Of a DNA stretch of 57,745 nucleotides, positions 1 to 8,752 are shown in pieces; the first letter of the stretch is position 1; the number at the start of each line of letters is the position of its first letter. The notes under the pieces were generated by a model. It saw only the letters and a program-made list of their open reading frames with translations. It was not told the origin of the DNA and searched no databases. Location of the stretch: positions 1 to 57,745 of the IMG/VR virus record IMGVR_UViG_3300009506_000036; one strand, 5' to 3'. This DNA comes from a virus. Lineage: Duplodnaviria > Caudoviricetes. A program made the position numbers and the translations under genes.

Positions 1-461
1 CGCGCCGCCGCCGCCCACGCCGCTTCCGCCGCCCGCGCCGCCGCCCGCGCCGCCGTACTAGACCGATCAGTTCCAGACAGCCATCCAACAGCCCAGTCTC
101 GCGTAGTCGAGTGCGGAGCTAACACGATTGCCCACGCGATTCGCTCCTCGATGGTGAGGACATGCAGCGGCACTTCCCCGAGCACTCGGCACGCACCGGT
201 GGTCCAGCGTTTCAATCCGTCAGTTTTCCATTCTCCGTCCGACTCGACACGCAGGCAGCGAGGGTCTTGGACGTTCGCGTGAATCGGATTCGCGAACGCT
301 GCAACCTCGGGCGAGATGTAGGCGTGCAGCACACCGGGGCCGCATGGATTCGCTCCCCTGCCCGTCGGTCTCACGGTAGATCCGATCGTCCAGAGCGTTT
401 CTCCGCTCTCTCCCCGGCGGCTGTAGCCGTCCTGATCCACCAACTTGTATGCGATGGTCAC
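1..461 (-). CDS. Hypothetical phage protein with Ala-rich AARAA/AAWAA repeats (runs off the window start)
   Basis: Not in the ORF track. Translated by hand from GTG 461 (GTGA overlap with the stop at 458): VTIAYKLVDQDGYSRRG...CGPGVLHAYISP...NPIHA...DGLK...WLSGTDRSSTAARAAARAAEAAWAAAA; open to the window edge. Confidence 0.8.
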   Translation of the reverse strand, partial: MTIAYKLVDQDGYSRRGESGETLWTIGSTVRPTGRGANPCGPGVLHAYISPEVAAFANPIHANVQDPRCLRVESDGEWKTDGLKRWTTGACRVLGEVPLHVLTIEERIAWAIVLAPHSTTRDWAVGWLSGTDRSSTAARAAARAAEAAWAAAA

Positions 462-886
462 TGGGGCTCCTCCCCCTCGCGGGGCTCCAGGGCGGCTTGC
501 CCTTTCCCACGGCTCAGAACTTCCCTCCACCGCTCGATCTGTTCGGCGCAGACCAGGCGCGCCTTCCGAGAGAACATTGCGCAGGCTTCGGTAAGCGCGG
601 CCTCTAGATCGCAGACACGGCGATCCTTAGCATCCCGCTCCTCCCGCATCCGCTCGACTTCGGCCTCTGCGTTCTTGGCTCGATTTTCCTCGGCCATCAT
701 CGCGGCGGAATACTGGTCGCGCTCGGCCTCCAGCTCGGCGATGCGCTCTCCCTGCTCCTTGTACCCCGCCATCAGGATCAAGTCGGAGTCCCTTTCGTTC
801 GCCGGGATAGAAACGCGAAACCTGCGGGGCTCACCAGCAAGTTCATCCAAGTGCTTGAGAGCGGCGTCTAGTTTCTCGCCCATCAC
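458..886 (-). CDS. Hypothetical coiled-coil protein
   Basis: 142 aa; RIAELEAERD heptads; 4-bp overlaps with both neighbours. Confidence 0.75.
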   Translation of the reverse strand: MMGEKLDAALKHLDELAGEPRRFRVSIPANERDSDLILMAGYKEQGERIAELEAERDQYSAAMMAEENRAKNAEAEVERMREERDAKDRRVCDLEAALTEACAMFSRKARLVCAEQIERWREVLSRGKGQAALEPREGEEPQ

Positions 887-1866
887 TTCCCCTCCTTCGC
901 GGCCTCGACCGCCGCGTGGGCGGCCTTCCAGCGTTCTCCCATGTTCTCGAAGGCCGCAGTCCCCGGGGTAGCAGCCGCGTGCTCCTCCTCCAGCAGCTCG
1001 GCCAGCGTCTTCGGCTCCGGCGGGAGGAAGTACTCGGTGGCGTCTCCGAGAGCATCCATCACTTCCTGTTGCTCAGTCGTCACGTAATGCGCTCCCCGAA
1101 TAACGGGCAGCGCCACCGCCGCCGCCGCGATCAGGCTATTGATTTTCGCGGAATGCCGTTCTAGATGGCCGATCCGCGCGTCCCGCTCCGCGAGCTGTCC
1201 CTCCAGGTCACGCACGCGGTCATCTCGCTCGATGCCTCGGCACGCCGGGCACTCAGCGAACGTATTGCCGATGTGCGCACCACAGAACTGAGTCGCTGCG
1301 ACGCGGGACTTCTCTCGCTCCTCGCGCTCCTCGCACAGGGAAGCGATTAGGCGATCGACGTTGGCCTGGTACTGAGAAGAAACGGGAGAGGGTGACCCTA
1401 GGGCGCTCTCCGGTGTACGAAACTCACCGGGAGCGCCACCACCCTCTCCCTGTTCGTCCAGCGCGAAGCATGGCCCCGAAGGATCTACCTGGTCACTCCA
1501 ATGTCCACATCTTTCACATTGGGCCCCTTTCATTTCGGGCTGATATGGCCCCCATACGTGAGTCGTCGGCGCAGACTCGACTCGTCCCTCGTCCAGCGCG
1601 AGGAGGGCGTCTCGGGCGCGGAGAACTTCCACCAGATCAATTTCGTCACGGTAGTATTGTCTTTTGTACTCAGGGAAGAATATCCAGTTGTGTTCTTCCG
1701 CAAGGGCGTTGATCGCCTCCAGCAGCTCCCGCCCCAGCCGCAGCCGCTCCTGGACCTCCTGCCAGCCGAGATCGACGGGAGATCCACCGTCATATCCGCG
1801 CACGCCATACCGCTGTCGCTCGATCCAAGCCCGCAGCGCTTCTATGTTCTTGCTCTTGTTCATCAT
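883..1866 (-). CDS. Hypothetical protein with Cys/His clusters and coiled coil
   Basis: 327 aa; CERCG and CGAH...CPAC motifs; coupled to neighbours. Confidence 0.7.
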   Translation of the reverse strand: MMNKSKNIEALRAWIERQRYGVRGYDGGSPVDLGWQEVQERLRLGRELLEAINALAEEHNWIFFPEYKRQYYRDEIDLVEVLRARDALLALDEGRVESAPTTHVWGPYQPEMKGAQCERCGHWSDQVDPSGPCFALDEQGEGGGAPGEFRTPESALGSPSPVSSQYQANVDRLIASLCEEREEREKSRVAATQFCGAHIGNTFAECPACRGIERDDRVRDLEGQLAERDARIGHLERHSAKINSLIAAAAVALPVIRGAHYVTTEQQEVMDALGDATEYFLPPEPKTLAELLEEEHAAATPGTAAFENMGERWKAAHAAVEAAKEGK

Positions 1867-2015
1867 TTCTCATCCTCTCTGATCCTACGCCATGTATGAG
1901 TGTCAAGGGCTCTGCCCCAGCACTTCCTGAAAATGCGAAACAGGTTGATGTAACCGTAAGGAACACGAAGCCAGAGTGCTCCGCACCCTGGCCTATGGCA
2001 TTTGTGTATCAACAT
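1863..2015 (-). CDS. Small hypothetical protein (50 aa)
   Basis: Hand translation MLIHKCHRPGCGALW...RRIREDEK; TGATG overlap upstream and ATGA overlap downstream fill the gap exactly. Confidence 0.55.
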   Translation of the reverse strand: MLIHKCHRPGCGALWLRVPYGYINLFRIFRKCWGRALDTHTWRRIREDEK

Positions 2016-2587
2016 CAGAACTTCACCAGTGTTTCTTTTTCAACACCCCACACAGCCAGGCCGATTGCATCGACCGCATGCTTCCAGTTCGACTTCCTGC
2101 CGACGTGAAGAGCAGGGGCCGACACGGGTACACAGTAGGGCTCCTTCCCGTTGGTGACCTCGAACGGGATGCCCATCTTCTTGAGAACGCGTGCCTGGTG
2201 GATGTGCTTCGGGACAGAACCCTTCCAGTCAGAAGGTGCCGGAAGATAAAGCTTGGTGGAAGGACTTCGTACACCACCATAGGCAGCGCCTAGGGCAACT
2301 CCTGCCACTTGGGCCAGGTGAATGATAGCTGTATGGTCGGCCTTGGTGTAGGAGTAGATCTTCTGTCCTTCGACGACGACTGCCGAGATGGTGATACTGT
2401 GTGTGATCTTCCAAAGCCACTGGGAGAGGTCGTTCACCAGTTGAATCGTTATTTCAGCGACGGCGCGTTCTCCCTTGTACTTCTTCTCGATGGAGAACAC
2501 CTTCACGTCGTAGACGCCGCTGGTGCCGACGATCGCGGCAGCAGTGTTGTGCAGGTCGGGATCAATGCCTAGAACGAAGCAGCTCAT
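2015..2587 (-). CDS. RuvC-like Holliday junction resolvase
   Basis: VLGIDP, VVVEGQ, PSDWKG..K and HAVDAIGLA motifs (RNase H fold); start taken at MSCFVLGIDP. Confidence 0.85.
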   Translation of the reverse strand: MSCFVLGIDPDLHNTAAAIVGTSGVYDVKVFSIEKKYKGERAVAEITIQLVNDLSQWLWKITHSITISAVVVEGQKIYSYTKADHTAIIHLAQVAGVALGAAYGGVRSPSTKLYLPAPSDWKGSVPKHIHQARVLKKMGIPFEVTNGKEPYCVPVSAPALHVGRKSNWKHAVDAIGLAVWGVEKETLVKF

Positions 2588-2957
2588 GCGTGTGCTCCCA
2601 TTGAATGTTGAGAGTGTTGAACTCTTGGATCGTGACAAAGCCCTGCCAGATCTCCCATCTGCCGATATCCTTTACTACCAAGTACACGGCTTCGACATCA
2701 CAGGGAGGAAGGTCAGTAATACTGAGATCTTCGCAGTAGAAGGTGATCCTATCGTCTTGCGCATCCCATAGACCTTGCACATCGAACGCGAAGTTTACTA
2801 CTTCCACCCCATTGATCCTGGTAGTGACCTCCAGGTAAGTGTTAGGAAGCGTTGTGGCTTCCCACAAGCATGTTGTGTACTCCGCCTTGGTTTTGGGATG
2901 TACACAGTGTAAGACCGGCAGCACCGCCAATCCCTTCAAGAAGTCGCGTCGGTTCAT
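2562..2957 (-). CDS. Hypothetical protein with twin-arginine-like N-terminus
   Basis: MNRRDFLKGLAVLP; GAGG upstream. Confidence 0.65.
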   Translation of the reverse strand: MNRRDFLKGLAVLPVLHCVHPKTKAEYTTCLWEATTLPNTYLEVTTRINGVEVVNFAFDVQGLWDAQDDRITFYCEDLSITDLPPCDVEAVYLVVKDIGRWEIWQGFVTIQEFNTLNIQWEHTHELLRSRH

Positions 2958-2958
2958 C

Positions 2959-3174
2959 TCAACCTCCCATGCACTTGGTACCGCAGCACCTACAGCCAGT
3001 AGGAGCACCCCATCCGTCACAGAGAGGGCATTCACCACTGTGACTGTTATGGTAACCCATGCACATCTCTCCGAAGTCGTGCAATACTTTGCGCAGTTCG
3101 TTGATCTGCTCTGCAGTCAACTCAGTAGCGAAAGAGAGCTTGCCGATGAGTAGGATGTCTTGATGTTCGGGCAT
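2959..3174 (-). CDS. Small Cys-rich hypothetical protein
   Basis: MPEHQD start with TAATG overlap; CPLC/CRCC. Confidence 0.55.
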   Translation of the reverse strand: MPEHQDILLIGKLSFATELTAEQINELRKVLHDFGEMCMGYHNSHSGECPLCDGWGAPTGCRCCGTKCMGG

Positions 3175-3692
3175 TACAATCTCCTGGGGTGAGGGGGCTC
3201 GTTGCAGGCAGGGCAACCATGAGCAGTGAGCAATCGTCCGCACAAGCAACGACTTCCTGTGTAGACTTCACGAGGCCTGGCCATGGTGTGCGTCATGGCA
3301 GTGCGCTCCTGTTGTTTTGACAGATATTCTTCCTCTTCCTCCTTCTCCAGCTTGATGAAGGCTTCGAGAATGCGGATGGCCAGCTTGCCGTCGTCGGTCA
3401 GCCAAACATAGTCGATCGAGACCCCATGCTCTGTCCACCCTCGGTCGTCGATCCAGTACTGGACGAGGTACTTGAGCCCTTCGTTGAGCCATTCGATCCC
3501 ATGATGATGGGTGGCTTCGATGTTACGTAGGACTTGAACCAGGAAGGTCGCTGCTGCCTCAGGATCTCCGCAGCCACAGAATCCAAGTACTTCTGAGTAG
3601 AAGCAGCTGGCATCGTAGCCTTCTCCGTTGATCTCATGGTAACGCGGTCCTCCTGCAGCGAGCCAGTGCTTGATATCCTTCTGGTTCTTCAT
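3174..3692 (-). CDS. Hypothetical protein
   Basis: 172 aa; GFCGCGDPE, EHG.S...WLT..G; C-terminal CxC...CxxC. Confidence 0.7.
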   Translation of the reverse strand: MKNQKDIKHWLAAGGPRYHEINGEGYDASCFYSEVLGFCGCGDPEAAATFLVQVLRNIEATHHHGIEWLNEGLKYLVQYWIDDRGWTEHGVSIDYVWLTDDGKLAIRILEAFIKLEKEEEEEYLSKQQERTAMTHTMARPREVYTGSRCLCGRLLTAHGCPACNEPPHPRRL

Positions 3693-4009
3693 AATACGCC
3701 TCGCTCTGCTGCTTCGATCAGGCGCATGACATCGCCGAGCGTCTGTAGACGCTGGGTCTCCTTGGCCGGGTGAGTCACTTTGTCCTGGTCCTTGTAGATC
3801 TTGATGAAGGTCTTCAGCAAGCTGAAGTCAGCGCTCTTCTTGGAACTGTTCAACGCGATGAGCATCTCGATGTTGGTTACCAGGGCCTCGGCTCCCTTGC
3901 GAGTCAAGCACTGCACGGCATGGGTGATGCTACCGTGACTACCATGGTACTTCTTGAGAGGTCTAGTCACCTCCCTCACCCAGTCTGTTCCATTCGTTAG
4001 GCACTTCAT
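3689..4009 (-). CDS. Hypothetical protein
   Basis: 106 aa; overlaps next gene by 4 bp. Confidence 0.65.
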   Translation of the reverse strand: MKCLTNGTDWVREVTRPLKKYHGSHGSITHAVQCLTRKGAEALVTNIEMLIALNSSKKSADFSLLKTFIKIYKDQDKVTHPAKETQRLQTLGDVMRLIEAAERGVL

Positions 4010-4217
4010 GCGACAATCTCCTGTTAGTGAAAGCTAGTCCAGTGCGAAGATCTGTAGAGAGTAGATCTAGTTCTGATACTCGCGTAGTTTCTGTGTCGCC
4101 ATGGCACTTGGCCACGAAAACAACTTCGCGCGCCTCTCTGTCGAAGTAACTTTCCATAGACTCCACTGGCCTGTTACACACAGAGCAAACAGGCCAGGGG
4201 AGTTCTCTCGTGTTCAT
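3963..4217 (-). CDS. Small hypothetical protein
   Basis: MNTRELPWPVCSVC...CHG; ATGA overlap at 4214-4217. Confidence 0.6.
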   Translation of the reverse strand: MNTRELPWPVCSVCNRPVESMESYFDREAREVVFVAKCHGDTETTRVSELDLLSTDLRTGLAFTNRRLSHEVPNEWNRLGEGGD

Positions 4218-5812
4218 TTCTTCACCAGCGTGAAGAGGATGCGCGGCGGGACCATCGAGAGCGTCTGCTCGAACGGCGAGTACCACCGCTTGTTGGGGTC
4301 GAATGTCTCCAGGCCGTCACCACGGATCCAGTCGTACGGTTGGTAGTAGTTCGGCGGGGTGTGGTCACCTTCGTACCAGTGCCTGTGCGTCGGCTCGAAG
4401 GCAGCCGAGACACTGTCACCATCGTGAGGAGCCATGGTTTCCCTACACGCTTTCTCCAGTCCCTTCAGGCGCAGGTAGACGAGGTTCGGGTACATGAGGT
4501 CGACCTCACGCGCCCTGGCCGCAGGAGCCACCTTAGGATCGGAGGGCTCCTCCTTCCAGGACATGATGATGCCGTTGGGCCTGGCGACGTGCTTGATGAG
4601 CTGCACGATCACGTCGGTCCACAGGCCCCCGTCAGTGAGCTGCTCCGGGTGGTAGTCACGGTAAGTGCTTCCTCGCTTGCGTGCATTGAAGTAGGGCAGC
4701 GCATAGATCAACGACTTGACGGTGTGTGCGAAGCCTCGACCTCCAACTGACCATCCCTTGTGAGCTGGCCATTCACGAATCACCTGGCGTGCTGTCTGCA
4801 GCAGCTCGTTCGAGGACTCAGCACCATCAAGCCAGAGAGCACCATCTTGCCAGTACACCTCGACCAGGAGGATGCGTGCGAACACGTCCTTTGGCGCGAG
4901 CATGGCCGGTGCAGCGATCTCACGGTGCAAGTGGCTGTAGGCATGCGCTTCCCACTTCTCCAGCTCTGGTAGGTAGGGACAGGCCGGGTCTGGGTCGGGT
5001 GCATACCCGGGCAGCTCGACGTTGGCTCTGCCTGGCCAGTAGGGGACGTGAGGGTTCCAGGGATGGAGTGTCTTGCGGCTGTAAATCGCGAGAGGGCTCC
5101 GGTCAAGTGTGTCGAACATATCCACCTCGGCCCACCGGTAGCCGTCCCTGGAGCAGCGCTGCCAACCCTCGGGACCGAAGTGCCAGGGAGCCACCGACCA
5201 GCCTCCATGGGAGCCGTTGAGGCTGGAGGACCCTTTCACCCCTGGCGTGCCGATCCGGTAGATCCCGACCCTCTGGGCACCGGTCTTGTAGGGGTCGCCT
5301 TCCACGAAGCTGGCAGAGGCCTGCAGGAGCCCCTGAGAGCAGACCTCCGGAGCCCAGTCCGGATAGCCCTCGGTCGGCTTGACGTGCTCGTACGCAGCCA
5401 GGGAGGAGGCCCGTGGGCCCCCGTAGTGCCTCCGGGCCAGGATGCCCCGGACCTGGATGGCGTCGGGGCCCGGCGAAGAGTCCGGGAGAACAGCGTAGAT
5501 GGACTCCCGGCCATACCAGACCCCCAGCTCATTGAACAGGACCGCCCCGACTCCTGGGAAGCCGTTGATCAGGGCCCAGGTCACCCGGGTGGCCTCGATC
5601 CCCTCGAACTGCTCCAGGGTGACCAAGGCCAGGAGGTCGCCGAATGCCTGGCGACGGGCGCAGAACCTCCAGCCGTCCTCGTAGACCCACTCGGACTCGG
5701 AGGGGACCTCGAAAGCGACACTGTCGCGATCGAGCTTGATGGTGACACGCTCCTGCGCGGTCGCGATCGGCAGGAACAACAGCAGGGACAGCAGAGCAAG
5801 GAAATGCTTCAT
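4214..5812 (-). CDS. Secreted protein of unknown function (Sec signal peptide)
   Basis: 532 aa; MKHFLALLSLLLFLPIATA-QE with A-x-A cleavage site; aromatic/His-rich body. Confidence 0.8.
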   Translation of the reverse strand: MKHFLALLSLLLFLPIATAQERVTIKLDRDSVAFEVPSESEWVYEDGWRFCARRQAFGDLLALVTLEQFEGIEATRVTWALINGFPGVGAVLFNELGVWYGRESIYAVLPDSSPGPDAIQVRGILARRHYGGPRASSLAAYEHVKPTEGYPDWAPEVCSQGLLQASASFVEGDPYKTGAQRVGIYRIGTPGVKGSSSLNGSHGGWSVAPWHFGPEGWQRCSRDGYRWAEVDMFDTLDRSPLAIYSRKTLHPWNPHVPYWPGRANVELPGYAPDPDPACPYLPELEKWEAHAYSHLHREIAAPAMLAPKDVFARILLVEVYWQDGALWLDGAESSNELLQTARQVIREWPAHKGWSVGGRGFAHTVKSLIYALPYFNARKRGSTYRDYHPEQLTDGGLWTDVIVQLIKHVARPNGIIMSWKEEPSDPKVAPAARAREVDLMYPNLVYLRLKGLEKACRETMAPHDGDSVSAAFEPTHRHWYEGDHTPPNYYQPYDWIRGDGLETFDPNKRWYSPFEQTLSMVPPRILFTLVKK

Positions 5813-5844
5813 CGTTTGGCTATGGAAGGAGAGAAACGAAGGAA

Positions 5845-5868
5845 GCCCCCCGGCAGATGCCGGGGGGC
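5845..5868 (-). terminator. Probable intrinsic terminator after the histone-like gene
   Basis: GCCCCCCGGC-N4-GCCGGGGGGC stem followed by a pyrimidine-rich tract on the minus strand. Confidence 0.6.
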
Positions 5869-5874
5869 GTGGGC

Positions 5875-6270
5875 TTACTTGCGGGAGATGATGACGACCC
5901 CTTTCTTGGGGTCGACCGAGGTGCCGTACTTCCCGTGTCCGAACTGACGACCCATGGACATCGAGAGAGCGTTGCGGAAGCTGGAGAGATCCCAGCCGTC
6001 GCCCCTGGGCGGCTTGACGTAGAACGTGTGACCCTTGGTCAGCTTCTCGGCCTTCTTCCAGACTTCCGCGTAGATCGGGACGCGACCTCTGCGCTTGCGC
6101 TGGGTGGCCTTCTTCTTGGTGGCCTTGGCCGTTCCCCTCTCGGGCTTGACCTTGGGTGCGCTGGCCGACTTGGAGGTCTTCTTCTTGGAGACCTTCTTCT
6201 TGGAGACCTTCTTCTTGGAGGTCTTCTTCTTGGAAGTCTTCTTCTTCTTGGTGGTTTTCTTGGTAGTCAT
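5875..6270 (-). CDS. Lysine-rich histone H1-like DNA-binding protein
   Basis: MTTKKTTKKKKTSKKKTSKKKVSKKKVSKKK encoded by 15-nt tandem repeats, then a ~65-aa globular domain. Confidence 0.75.
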   Translation of the reverse strand: MTTKKTTKKKKTSKKKTSKKKVSKKKVSKKKTSKSASAPKVKPERGTAKATKKKATQRKRRGRVPIYAEVWKKAEKLTKGHTFYVKPPRGDGWDLSSFRNALSMSMGRQFGHGKYGTSVDPKKGVVIISRK

Positions 6271-6326
6271 GACAAATGGAGCAAGGTGTTGCTCAATGAG
6301 GGGTATGGTGATTGTGCTGTCGTTGT

Positions 6327-8654
6327 TCACGACTCAGGAGTCCAGGGAATGAGGCGTCCATTCGCATCGAAGACAGGCTCAGCCTGTTTGTACCACCTGT
6401 GCATGAGCGCAGGCTCCGCGAGGACAGGGAGGTCAGTGACGACGGCTCTGAAGCCATCGACCATCAGACGAGCGATCTCGAAAGCCCGCTCGTGTGCGTA
6501 TTGATCATCGGGGATCTCGACGAGGTTCTCGTCGTGGATGAAGTTGACCGGGTGGCAGCCGAACAACATCGAGCGCTGTGCTGGATCGTAGCAAGCTCGG
6601 CGCACGTTCCAGACACCTAGTTTCGCTCCCTCTGCGGTTGGCGACTGTAGTGCCTTGCCGTTACAGCATGAGGTGTACGAGCAGTTTGCGCGGTACGCAC
6701 CGAACGTAGTCGTGTACGCGTATCGCTGCATCGGCTTCTCGCCCTCTTCGACAACCACGGGGGCTCCGAACTTGCAGGCGTTGGACACCCAGTCGAAATA
6801 GAGCTTGTATTCCGGGAAGGTGGACAGCCAGATCTCTCTGAGCTGGTGCGCCATCTCAATCGAAACAGCAACGTCATACGTTCCTGCTGCGTATTCCACA
6901 AACGTTGCAGGGCCAAGCCCACCTGGATAACCGAGTCCCGTAGGTTTCGCAAACTTGCGGAAGTGCTTGTAGAAGCTCCTGACTTCTTCTCGTTCATCTG
7001 TTTTGCAGCGGTAGAAGACCTTGTAGATATCGTCTTGATTGACGACTCCTTCTTGTTGGCAAGCCGTGCGGAAGCCCTCGTCTAGATGGTACGCCATCTG
7101 CGCACCCAGGTACTCGTGAGGGCCGATGCCTTGTTTGATGAGATCGCCCAACTGCGACTTGCCGAAGAGCGTGATCTGCGTCTGAGCAGCCGTCACCAGC
7201 TCAGCAGAGCTGTAGTCGACAGAGCACAGGAGATGACCTTCACGAGCCACGTAGCAGGGCCGGACCCTGGGATCGATGTTCTGCCCGTTGGCCGAAGGGT
7301 AGAGGTTGTCAGCGAAACTCGATGTACGCGTGGTGCGCACCAGGACGTTGAAGTTGAAGCGCACTACCCCACGCTTGGATTGCATGCGAGGCAATTCAGT
7401 AGTGAGGATCTTTCTGGTCTTCTGACGATCCAGGTACTGCCGGATGACCGGGCTCAAATGCTGGATGCTAAGGAGCACTGCTTCCTTGGCACTGACCTCT
7501 CCGGTCTTCGTCTCCTTCACAGGAAGTCCGGCCTTCTCCAGGAGAGACTTCACCAGCTCCTTCAAGGCCTTCTCGTTGACCGTGGGCTCTTTGCCCTTGG
7601 TCATCTTCTCCTCATCAGGAGCAGCCTCCTGGACCAGAGCAGCGAGTTTCTGGTAGTTCTCCGAGGGAAGGAGACCTCCATCGACCAGTGCCTTGGCTTC
7701 GAGAAAGATCTTGGTCGCTGCCTGGACCGACGACTGGAAGTTCCCACTGGCGGTCAGAGGCTCGCTGATCTTGTAGTCGGCGCAGAGCCCTTTCATGATG
7801 GGCCGACGCACTGGCGGCGGGTGTTTGGAGAAGTCCCATTGCAGCTTGCCGCTGTTGTTCTTGTAGGGACGAGGAGCCTCTCCAGGACGAAGGATACCGG
7901 CATCGACCAAGAGCTGGTGCTTCGCAGGGCTCTGCTCTTCGGCCATCCACTCTGCGACCTCCTGGATCTTCTCCGGATCGGTCATCATGCCCCAGCAGGT
8001 GTCATGACGGAGAGCGAAGTCAACGGCGGCCAGGAACTCCCTGGTGACCATGGATCCCGGGCCACTCTCTGTCGCCTTGTTCTCTTGTTGCTCAGCAATG
8101 CGAAGTGTGGAGAGCGCATCCTGGGATGCGTACTGATAGGCCTCGGGTGGATACTCGCTGGCTTTCTTGCCATCGAGCATGCTGAAGTTCAACCGCCAGG
8201 CATCGTCGTCTTTCTTCTCGTGAGTGCGGTCGATGCCCAAGTACTGTGTCTCAAGCTCTGCCAAGCTGTACCCTCGGTGCGTGAGCGATCCGTCCGGCAG
8301 CTCTCGCTTCTCCAGCTGACCGTGAGAGCCGAGGTCGAGGAGCTTCTCGTTGCACTGTGTGCAAGTGATGCGCTCTTCCCCGTAAGCCGCCCAGATCGCT
8401 TCGGTCAACTCTGGGTAGCTGTTGACGATGACGGTGGTGTCGTAAGCAGTGTCGTGTCCGACCAGGCGAAGACCAGGCGTGGTGAACATCCACTTGAGCA
8501 TCGGCAACAGCTCCTCGTCACCGTTGCCGTAGAGTCGGGTCTCGTATCCGCCTGGTGCATTGCCGTTGGAGAAAGAAACAGACAGACACACCAGCTTCGG
8601 CGCGACTGTCTCTTCCCCGATCAAGTACGTTTCAGTGTCGAAGGCTACAAGCAT
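6327..8654 (-). CDS. polA: Family A DNA polymerase with 3'-5' exonuclease
   Basis: ExoI FDTET, ExoII GHDTAYD, ExoIII YASQDA; motif A DYSSAEL, motif B RKFAKPTGLG, motif C FIHDE. Confidence 0.95.
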   Translation of the reverse strand: MLVAFDTETYLIGEETVAPKLVCLSVSFSNGNAPGGYETRLYGNGDEELLPMLKWMFTTPGLRLVGHDTAYDTTVIVNSYPELTEAIWAAYGEERITCTQCNEKLLDLGSHGQLEKRELPDGSLTHRGYSLAELETQYLGIDRTHEKKDDDAWRLNFSMLDGKKASEYPPEAYQYASQDALSTLRIAEQQENKATESGPGSMVTREFLAAVDFALRHDTCWGMMTDPEKIQEVAEWMAEEQSPAKHQLLVDAGILRPGEAPRPYKNNSGKLQWDFSKHPPPVRRPIMKGLCADYKISEPLTASGNFQSSVQAATKIFLEAKALVDGGLLPSENYQKLAALVQEAAPDEEKMTKGKEPTVNEKALKELVKSLLEKAGLPVKETKTGEVSAKEAVLLSIQHLSPVIRQYLDRQKTRKILTTELPRMQSKRGVVRFNFNVLVRTTRTSSFADNLYPSANGQNIDPRVRPCYVAREGHLLCSVDYSSAELVTAAQTQITLFGKSQLGDLIKQGIGPHEYLGAQMAYHLDEGFRTACQQEGVVNQDDIYKVFYRCKTDEREEVRSFYKHFRKFAKPTGLGYPGGLGPATFVEYAAGTYDVAVSIEMAHQLREIWLSTFPEYKLYFDWVSNACKFGAPVVVEEGEKPMQRYAYTTTFGAYRANCSYTSCCNGKALQSPTAEGAKLGVWNVRRACYDPAQRSMLFGCHPVNFIHDENLVEIPDDQYAHERAFEIARLMVDGFRAVVTDLPVLAEPALMHRWYKQAEPVFDANGRLIPWTPES

Positions 8655-8752
8655 GTGGCTAGTGGGCTAGAGTTGTGAGGGGTGTGCAGGCATCTCACCC
8701 TGCAAGGGAAGTCAGGAGATCGGCAGGCTCCGTTAGCCGAAAGAGAGTGTCG

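Noticed and set aside
1882-1906. TTGACA...TAGGAT sigma70-like promoter on the minus strand
   Set aside because: Spacer is only 13 bp and it lies within a small CDS
6327-8654. Z-genome (diaminopurine) polymerase
   Set aside because: No purZ, datZ or mazZ recognisable in the window
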